Shown here: one piece after another, positions 37,762-46,570 of the stretch
Layout of the letters: every line of letters begins with the position of its first letter
How positions within the stretch are numbered: position 1 is the first letter of the stretch
DNA from: Massalongia carnosa
Taxonomy: Eukaryota
Assembly (NCBI GenBank): GCA_965645245.1
Contig: OZ287068.1
Span: 2,480,001 to 2,544,000 of the forward strand
DNA length: 64,000 nucleotides
Reading direction: 5' to 3'
Made by a program: the position numbers and the translations under genes
Notes under the pieces: model-generated
The model's input: the letters and a program-made list of their open reading frames with translations, nothing else
Told to the model about the DNA's origin: nothing
The model's database searches: none

Positions 37762-39465
37762 ATGACGTCCCATCCCTGCTTACCTGCACCAATCAGACCA
37801 AATACAATCCCTTCGTTTCAACTCGTAGACGCATCTCGTCAGCGTTTGAAAGACAGCCCATCTCCCCTCGTACCGTCCGCATGGGCAACTCTACTTCAAG
37901 AGTATCCGGGCCCCCTCCGAGTCCATCTGCCCATGATCCTTCGTTTCGGAGTACAAATCGGATACGAAGGCCCCACAGACATCCTTCGGATCGAAAAAAA
38001 TCTGACATCAGCGAATGAGGACCCGGAAACGATCGAGAATAAGCTCCAAGAGGACCTCAGGAAGGGCCGAGTCAGACGAATAGCCGCCCCGAGTCAGCCA
38101 TTTGTGGCCTCCCCCCTCGGCTTGGTCCCGAAACATGACGGAGGATGGCGACGCATTCATCATCTGTCTCATCCCAATCAAACATCAGTCAACGACAACA
38201 TTCCAGAAGAGGCATCCAAATTACAATACGCCAGACTCGACGACATTATTCAATTGATTCTGTCAGCGGGCAAAGGTGCTGTCATAGTGAAAAGAGACGT
38301 CAAAGACGCCTTTCGAAACGTTCCCGTCGCACCTCATCATCAATGGCTTCTGGGTTTCGGATGGAATGACGAATTCTACACCGAGACATGCCTTTCGTTC
38401 GGACTGTCGACGGCCCCGTTCATCTTCAATCTTTTTGCGGAAGGCTTTCATTGGATTTTGGAATCCTTTCTACAATGGAGATTACATCACTATCTAGACG
38501 ACTTCGTTGCAATTTTCCCATCCGAGACATCGTCAGAACGATTGCACCAAGAAACAAAAGCCTACAACATTCTCACCGACATTCTTGGCATCCCGAGAAA
38601 CGACTCAAAAGACGCCGAGGGAACGACAGCGACAGTCTTCGGACTCGAGGTCGACACCATCAACAGTCTTATTCGTCTGCCAGCGGACAAGCTGGAAAAA
38701 GCGAGAATCATCACTACAAAGGCACTAAACGAGACGACAATCAGCCTCGGCGACATGCAGTCAATAGCGGGCTTCCTAAGCTTCTGCGCACAGGCAGTCA
38801 AATTGGGCCGAGTCTTCTTACGATTATTCTGGAATTTTATAGCCTCATTTCCCTCGGGCAGTCATCGTCGGGTCAAAAGAAGAATTCCCACATGGGTCAG
38901 ACAGGATCTCATCTGGTGGAACAAACTTCTAGTGGACTTCAACGGTATTGTCTTCTTCGAGACGTCAACACGAGACACGATCAAGGTGCATACGGATGCA
39001 TGCCTCACGGGTCTCGGAGGCTATTTTCAACAAGACAACGAGCTCGTGAATCAAAAAAACGCATGTAGGGCCCGAGTCCTAGTCCTCAATCAGGAAGGAT
39101 CACCGAGCATAAACGTCCGAGAAGTCGAAGCTATCCTTCTAATCCTTCAGAAATGGGCGCCGACATGGCGACATCGACAGATCCTTGTCTTTACCGACAG
39201 CAACACAGCATACACAGGATTCACGAATCTAACCCTCAAGGGACCGGCCAACGCGCCTCTACGAGAAATACTGTCCATAGCTGCAAAGTGGGACATCGTA
39301 CTACGTTGTCAATGGATCAGTGGCACTTCCAATGGACTAGCAGATGCCCTGTCACGTTTTGATGATGAAAGATTGGCTAACTTTTGCCCTCATTGGCAGA
39401 ACCCATACAATTCGATGAACCTCCCTCCACCTACCTATCCTCCACACCAGGGTCAGCCCTGGTAA
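37762..39465 (+). CDS. pol: Reverse transcriptase-RNase H
   Basis: SPLGLVPK, WRRIHHLS, KRDVKDAFR, LSFGLSTAP and YLDDF. RNase H: TDAC, INVREVEA, FTDS, NGLADALSR. Confidence 0.96.
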   Translation: MTSHPCLPAPIRPNTIPSFQLVDASRQRLKDSPSPLVPSAWATLLQEYPGPLRVHLPMILRFGVQIGYEGPTDILRIEKNLTSANEDPETIENKLQEDLRKGRVRRIAAPSQPFVASPLGLVPKHDGGWRRIHHLSHPNQTSVNDNIPEEASKLQYARLDDIIQLILSAGKGAVIVKRDVKDAFRNVPVAPHHQWLLGFGWNDEFYTETCLSFGLSTAPFIFNLFAEGFHWILESFLQWRLHHYLDDFVAIFPSETSSERLHQETKAYNILTDILGIPRNDSKDAEGTTATVFGLEVDTINSLIRLPADKLEKARIITTKALNETTISLGDMQSIAGFLSFCAQAVKLGRVFLRLFWNFIASFPSGSHRRVKRRIPTWVRQDLIWWNKLLVDFNGIVFFETSTRDTIKVHTDACLTGLGGYFQQDNELVNQKNACRARVLVLNQEGSPSINVREVEAILLILQKWAPTWRHRQILVFTDSNTAYTGFTNLTLKGPANAPLREILSIAAKWDIVLRCQWISGTSNGLADALSRFDDERLANFCPHWQNPYNSMNLPPPTYPPHQGQPW

Positions 39466-40547
39466 AACGTCTCGTCTGGCACGGACACTCGGCGGACACG
39501 AGAAAAGGGTACGGGACGGCGATCGACTCATACGAGGCATTCTGCGCGACGACGGGACGCACGTCGTGGCCTGCAACAACCGAGTCCCTCGAGGAATGGC
39601 TAGCCGGTCGACTATACGGGGGCGGCACACCCAAGCAGGGAAAGATAAAACCAGAGACGGCAGCGAGCTACCTCGCCGGCCTCAGATCATACCATGTAGA
39701 CCGAGGATACGGCCTCACCCCATTCGAGGGGCCGAGACTTCAATTGATGCTGAAAGGGGGAAAAAGGATCTTTTCTCAGACAAAAAGAAGACGCCTACCC
39801 ATTTCAAAAGAATTACTGACAAAAATCACCAGTATTCCCGCTCATTCGGCCGAAGACCTCAACATCGACGCGACATTCAAAGTTGCATGGGCAGGGTTCC
39901 TCAGACTCGGGGAAATCACCTACACTGTCGCTGATCGTAAGAAGACATCTTTTCAGAGATTGAAACCTACACGAGGTGACATCTCATTCGCCGAGAACGA
40001 TCAATACGCGACATTACGTCTCAAAAGAAGCAAAACAGACACAAATCACTCAGGAGTTCAGATAGTGCTGGCAGCGACCAATGAGAGCACTTGCCCCGTG
40101 ACAGCACTACGGCGTCTTTTCAGAAATGATCCTCAGCCATCTACATCCCCGCTTTTTCGTCTCGGCACCGCATTCACCAGAGCCTCCGTCATAGCATCCC
40201 TGAAAAAGAGACTGATAGCCGTCGGCATCAACGACTCGGCATACTCGGGACACAGCTTCAGAAAAGGAGCAGCACAACACGCCGCCGACCACGGGATGCT
40301 GGATGAGAGTATTCAGAGACTCGGAAGATGGTCATCAAACGCGTTTCAGCTATACTTTCAGACGTCCCAGGCCTCACTATTCAATTTGAACCTCAGTTTT
40401 CAAAAAGGCATCCCTCTAGCAGTCCCACGTGCTGTCGTCGCCGAGACGAATCCTACAAACTCCTACCCCTACTCAATTGGGCATTCCATTGGGCGTACAG
40501 GTCAACCAGGGCATCGATCCGGAGCGCCGCCGGGCACCTCCATCTAG
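39384..40547 (+). CDS. Tyrosine recombinase (true start unknown; no early ATG)
   Basis: SAM-like N-terminal part (TRKGY...SYLAGLRSYH) and the catalytic set FLRLGE (R), KRSKTD (K), GHSFRKG (HxxR), LGRWSS (W) and QLY (Y). Confidence 0.95.
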   Translation: MPSLAEPIQFDEPPSTYLSSTPGSALVKRLVWHGHSADTRKGYGTAIDSYEAFCATTGRTSWPATTESLEEWLAGRLYGGGTPKQGKIKPETAASYLAGLRSYHVDRGYGLTPFEGPRLQLMLKGGKRIFSQTKRRRLPISKELLTKITSIPAHSAEDLNIDATFKVAWAGFLRLGEITYTVADRKKTSFQRLKPTRGDISFAENDQYATLRLKRSKTDTNHSGVQIVLAATNESTCPVTALRRLFRNDPQPSTSPLFRLGTAFTRASVIASLKKRLIAVGINDSAYSGHSFRKGAAQHAADHGMLDESIQRLGRWSSNAFQLYFQTSQASLFNLNLSFQKGIPLAVPRAVVAETNPTNSYPYSIGHSIGRTGQPGHRSGAPPGTSI

Positions 40548-40820
40548 ATCATCGCCGTCGGGCACTGCCGTCGGGCATCATCTATCGGATCGTTGAGCGT
40601 CAGCAGACGCCTCGGGCCTAGAAGATGAGGTTCTCACCTCAGCACCGACCCCGAGTCACGTGCCTAGGCCTGCCCGGGCTGACCTGTGTCGTTCCCATGC
40701 CCAATCAAATTCAAGCATTCAAATCAATTCATCCAATTAAAAGCCCCCCCAGCGCAAGCGAAGGTAACGGCACCGATAAGGGTCATAGAATTGTCTCAGT
40801 ACCTCAGACATGCCCAGCTA

Positions 40821-40953
40821 AGCCCCTTCGGGTTAGCCTTACAGAACGTTAAGCCCCTTCGGGTTAACAGACTGACTACGCAGCACATCTGTAGCAACCA
40901 CGTTAGTCAGCTGGGACGCTAATCCGAAGGAAATTGGCTAACCCGGAGGGGCT
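40821..40953. mobile_element. 133-bp MITE-like element with TA flanks
   Basis: TA|AGCCCCTTCGGGTTAGCC ... GGCTAACCCGGAGGGGCT|TA (17/18 TIR match). A second, inner copy of the motif sits at each end. Confidence 0.65.
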
Positions 40954-41142
40954 TAGACGGCTTCTAGAGCCCACGCACGTCTTAGGCAACGCAAGAAAGG
41001 TCTTTGCCGGTGGCAGATTTGTATGTCAGAAATTGCATCAGAAAAGGCAACTGGTGAGATGGAAATGGAGGCTTCTAGAATGACTGGTGAACAGGCATAA
41101 ATAGGAGCAGTTTTACTTTAATACGTAGTGGTAGAAAAGTCA

Positions 41143-42765
41143 CGAGATGCTTAGGGCCAGTCCCTGTGTAAATCTTTGCTAGTAAACAGCCATTTCCACT
41201 GCTCATCCATTTCCACTGCTCATCCGTAATGCAACTGCCAACAGCACATTAAACTATTTTCGGTTTAAATCGTATGACCTGTTATTGCTACTTACGTTGT
41301 ATAATTATCCTACTCGGTCTGATAAAGCATACCCTCACCCACACTTACCATTTGCCCTTGCCCTTGTCCTAACCCTTTGCCCTCTCTAAATCTCTCCTTC
41401 CACTTATGCTATAACTCATATTATATATTTTACTACTCGTCATCTCGATGGAGTTCGATCCTACTTCTTTGGATGCACGAAAGCAACATGTCATTGCCCT
41501 TCTATCCTCATCTCACCTCCTTCCTCCGCAAGAAAATGAGTTATTTTCGTCTTGAAAGAAGGCAAAGACTCATCTTCAAGACTATGCCTTCACTCAAGGC
41601 TTCGCGTTGGTCACAGAAACTCACGATAAGAAAAACCATTTAATCGTATTAGACTACACACGCCATCACAAAAGAGTTAGAAACACTAGAAAAGTAGAGG
41701 AGGAAGACCGGGTGCGAGCCAATACCAAAGTTTCGTTCAATGAGTGCCCTTATCGCCTCCGTCTCAAAAAAAAAACAAAGACAATGCATGGAGACTAATA
41801 GTTACTAACTCCGAGCACAACCATGAGATGGCCACTGATCCCTTTGCATTCAGAGAACATCATAGTAGGGACCCTGATCGAACAGATGCCCTAGATCAAG
41901 GAAAGAGTCTCCGTGCATCGTCAACCCAATATGGCCAAGCAGCGAGAATATTAGGAATCCAAGGACTCCGTCTGTCGAGGAGCGATTATTACAATCTCGC
42001 TCATTCGGAGGGAGCTCACACGCCTGACGAAGAGCTTCTTTTTGCCTTGGGCTCGTTGAAAGACAGGGACTTTCATGTACGGTGTAAGGAAAAATATATT
42101 GTTAAGAATAATGTGCGCGTGAGAGACGGGTGATAGAACACTTTTTTTTTTTGCAATGCGGAGCAAATTAGGCTGGCTCGACGTTTCGTGGGTGGGTTTC
42201 TATTAGAACGGATGCAACGTTCAATACTAATATATTGAACTTGCCTTTATCCGTTTTGGTTGGAATCACTCACACCGACCTTTCGTTTCCCGTCGCTTAT
42301 TGCTATATAACTTAACCCTATCTCAGGCAGCGCCGCCTCCATCTCTTTATAGTCTTAGCCAAAACGTGCGCGCCAGTCAAATTCTCCCTACTTCCTCTGC
42401 AACAACGCGAAGGTCTCGGGGTGTGGCGAAGAAATCAAAGGCTCAGTTGGAGTTGGGATCTCAGCAAAGAGTGAGAGATCAGTCAAACAGGCTAGGGCTC
42501 AAGCGAGAAAGGAAACGGCGATGAGAAAGATGGCTAAAACCATGAAGCCTAGAAAAGATGATGTATCGCAATTGTGTGACGAGTTTTTGGAGTTGAAGTC
42601 ATCGCAATCGGTAGATTTGTAGGCATTGAATACACTTAGTCAATAACAGCAACATTATTAATACGTAGTGTAACTGCTAGCTTGTACGCACCCTGGATGA
42701 GTAGTAAAATGGCTGTTTACTAGTAAAGATTTACACCAGGGGGAGGACTGTCCCTAAGCATCTCG
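41143..42765 (+). mobile_element. Mutator-like element (MULE), internally deleted/degenerate
   Basis: ~70-bp TIRs starting CGAGATGCTTAGGG. Perfect 9-bp TSD GAAAAGTCA (41134-41142, 42766-42774). Frameshifted FAR1-like CPYRL...HNH and MULE-domain DATFNTNILNLPLSVLVGIT remnants. Confidence 0.93.
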
Positions 42766-44336
42766 GAAAAGTCAATCGTATCCCGGTCTTTTTTGCATGT
42801 GAAAAACTCATTTGTCGAACTAGTTATATCAATTGCCCAGTCCTACCATTCTGCCTGTTGCAGTCATAGTTTAAACAGTCTAAATAGTTCAAATTCTCAT
42901 AAGAGTAGCTTAAGACTTCAGTGCGAATTCCAGAAGCTCGTAGCTTTATAGAACTCGATTCGGAATATATCAGCGCAACTCAAGCTCCCTTTCTACCCCT
43001 AATCCAAGTCGCTCCGTTTGTCCCAGGGTAATACGACAATTCTCGAACAGATTTAGGAGGGGCCCCTGAGTTTGAAGAGCTTGAAATGCGGTTGTCGTCC
43101 AGGCTCCGAGGCCTACTTATTTACTTTGCGCAAGGGGTGCCGCTTTCCATTTATTGATAGGGATTTCCTATATCCTGTCTGATCTGGTCATATTAGGCTC
43201 ACTGTTCTCGCCAACTTGAACATATGACTAACAATCGTCAATCAGAAATACAGAGTTGTACTGTTTATAGCTTTATGGGCCTGCAAAAGCCTTTCATTCC
43301 TTTCTTAATGCTTTGGTCTAACAAGTAAAAATGGTCATCAAGCCTAGGCTTTATTTGAAGCCTGACTTTAGAGCTAAAAGATTATTCACATTTGTCCATA
43401 TATGTTCATAGCTCGAGTATCAACTTTTTGAATGTCGATTTAGAATCCTCGGCCAGTGTCAATATGACGTAAATTGAATCATTAAACCTTACCTCTGGGA
43501 GAATGCGTTTCTTGATGATTCAATGTTCGCGTTAGTCAGCGCTCTCATTTTCTTACTTTGTAGCCCTGTCTTGTTAACTTCATATCATACTTTTCATCGC
43601 TTATTTGCGTGTTACGAGAACTTACATCATAACGAAAAAGCGCGTCTCGGGGATTTCGAAAAGAACGTGATCAGAAAATAGTTGATTCGTTAGTCGATGG
43701 ATTTGAAAAACCGAGGACGATAATGAGGAACACATGAAGGCTCATAAGGGGAGGAAATTTGTAAATGAGACTTGTCTGACTAGAGAATGCCAAAAGTGTA
43801 ATATAAAATTCTATAATAGACCTAGCGGAACGAGCGAAATCTAGTAACCTTTCAACGGCTTTCACCTTCCACAAAATTTAAGTTAGGCTTCCCTATCTTA
43901 TTTATACTAGCAAGATGACGACTGAAGCCTATCAAATGATGCAAATACTTCGAGTAGCTAATTCAAACCTCCTTATACATCTGTACGCCACAAAATACAA
44001 ATGATGTCTTAAGTGCATTAAGTGAGCACACAATTTTTGCTTTCTGAATTAATGATCCTTCAAGCTTCAAGTCAAGATAAAGAACAGTTCTCGCTTGGCG
44101 GACTGGTCAATTGTAAGTTAGTGTACAGAGCGTAGGAAGTTGATTTTAGTTTAAAGATAGAAATTTTGCGGTTTTGGGCATAACGAGCAAAAGCTTGATT
44201 GTTTGGGAAAGATTGGGAACGCCGTAAAGAAAATAACAGGTAAGTCAAACGAATCACACGGTACAGTATCATAACAAGGAATGGAGAAAAAAGTTTGGCC
44301 TAGATATCTTTCCCATGCCGAGTTTTTGGATGATGC

Positions 44337-45702
44337 CTAGGCGTGCACATATGTACTGCTTAAAGCTGGCAGTGAACAGTCTGCATTAATCCACTGCCAG
44401 GCCAGAAGTTTCCAATTTAATTCAGGGCGCCAGAAAAGGCCATAATTCAGACTTTCACTGTTACCCCAAGGATTAGCGGCGGTATTGCTCGGTTCCACTA
44501 CCATAGCTCCTGTCCGTGGCAAACGCTGCCCAAAAATGACTCGCGAGAATCTGGAGTGTAAAATGGCCATTGAACACATGGTGCAAGGCTCATGAGTTAC
44601 GTAGATATCGAGCCTAAGGCACAAGTATCCTCCTGCTGATAGCGTGCTTTTGGAGTAGACATCAGTTTCGATAGGAGTGAGAGGCTCGTCCGCGAGAAAT
44701 TTCGATACTTTGGCTTCACCGTGTAACGTTTGCTCAGTTAGCCCCCGTCGTTTACTAGCAATTAATCCAATTGCCCGCATTACCGCGTGGGCCATGACAT
44801 TGCCAGAGCCGTTCTTCATATTCGCATCCAGTCCATACCATCGAGCATCCCCAGCTGCAACTATACTCGATGGTACCTTTCCGGAAGTTCTATCAACCAC
44901 AACTGCACCGATTGGCTCTCCAATTTGAGCCTCTGAGACCTCTATACCGGCTGTTTCTGCAACGTTCATCCACTCTCTAGAAAATCTCAGCATACCAGCT
45001 TCTGCATGAGACAGGACGCTTGGGTGTGGGCCAAATGGATTGTTTTTTTTGTAAATCGTTGGCCAGAAATCATGACTCCAACGAGTGGCTTGATCTACAG
45101 AAGTCGGTGGAAGTAAGGGGACAGTTATAATGCGAAGCGAAGGCCATAAGCCATCTAACTGGACTACAGGAAGTGACGTAAGGAGTCTTAGTACCTCTTC
45201 AGAAGACAAAGCCGATGTCGTGCAGACGAGAAAATGTAAGACTGGCTGACAGAATGAATTCGTTGAAAGTTGAGGTTCACGAAGCTCTATATCCTGATGC
45301 AATGGCTTGCACTCTTGATTCAAAGGGGCTTCATTTGCTTGCACACTTGCACTGTGAATTGTTTCACGGAAGTGTGAAATCCGTTTAAGATGAGGCGGCA
45401 GTTGTTCCGGTTTCACAAAGCGGCGAAAGTGGTGTAAGTCATAATCCTTAATGGCGTCATTAACTGCTCTTTCCACTTAATTAGCTTGGGTCTTGATGCG
45501 TGATGCATGTAACAAACATAAGGGCTTTGTTTGCAGATTTCAGCGATATCTCAATCACGTATACTTTCGTGGTTTCGAAGGAGTTATGTAATTCTCCTTT
45601 CGTACGTAGTGCGACCAGATGATGACCTTTATTAGAAGAAAATCCTTGTCGGCCATCATCTTGAACGCCGGAATCACAATGTGTGAGCAAAGAAGAGCGC
45701 AT
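44337..45702 (-). CDS. TAD3: tRNA-specific adenosine-34 deaminase subunit Tad3, 2 exons
   Basis: LHHFRRF, WSHDFWP, HAVMRAI (HxV in place of catalytic HxE), GYLC, HEPCTMCSMAILHSRF and LFWRPELNWK. Confidence 0.92.
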
Positions 45703-46570
45703 TCAGAACACACCAAAGGACTAAGGAAACTGAAATAAAGAAAGCCAGGAAGCCGTGGTTTTTCTCTTTTTTAGGAATGCTAGATATCGATTGTGTTGAG
45801 GTGGAAATGGTTCAATCTGATGATCCAACTATTTAGCGGATATCAGGTTCGTTACATACTACCCGTTTATGATTGGAAAAGAGTTCTATGCCTAGACAAT
45901 CTCATGATCAGTATGAGATTAAACATCTTATCTTCATTTCGAACAATGAGACGGAAATGAACGTACGAGTATCGAGGTAGTTTTCCCCCTAGTGTACAGA
46001 GTAACTCCTCAAGGAGTAATCTCTACAGGTATGTGTGTAACAATCCAAAAATCTACTAGTAACATAAGTTCATAGGATTCGCTTACGCGGTATTCTGAAT
46101 CACGCTATTCATGGATCAACAATAACTCCGTTTCTCTACAGGGGTGCAGTATTCCGTCTACTTATCAATTCTCGGATACTAATCTGTGTGTGGCTGTTTT
46201 GAGTGTAGAACCGGTTCAAGCTCACGCTTTCCCACTTATGCTTCACATGCTCATGCTTCACAGATCAGCATCGATCCAATCCTTCCTTATTTGAAAAATC
46301 GTATTACTTGCTCATGCATGCACAGGTTATAAAATGTTAATGCTATAACCATTATCGACATAAGGCCCAGCCATATACTCTTTTCGATTCCAACGTTCAC
46401 ACACTTTTCAAGAAGAACAGCTTACTATGGTTACGATGACGGGCGACTCAGATCAAGACGAAGAAGCTTGAACTCTTGTACAGAGTACCTATCGCTCCAC
46501 TACTTGATCTCTCTCCACCCCAGCTGGGTATACCTCAAAATTGCAGATCGTTATTACGACAAGCGTTTCA

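Larger units (their letters stand above)
36557..40790 (+). mobile_element. Tyrosine-recombinase retrotransposon (Ngaro-type), all three ORFs intact; ends not defined
   Basis: Order is gag (CCCH+CCHC), RT/RNase H, then YR on one strand. No protease, DDE integrase or methyltransferase. Visibly more CpG-rich than the flanks. Confidence 0.92.

Noticed and set aside
38388..39068. 226-aa alternative-frame ORF overlapping RT
   Set aside because: It has a low-information Arg/Ser-rich translation with no motif. Long overlaps occur in DIRS-type elements, but nothing here supports function.
41118..41130. TTAATACGTAGTG repeated inside the MULE at 42658-42670
   Set aside because: A single 13-bp AT-rich match that does not fit the TIR/TSD geometry; likely chance.
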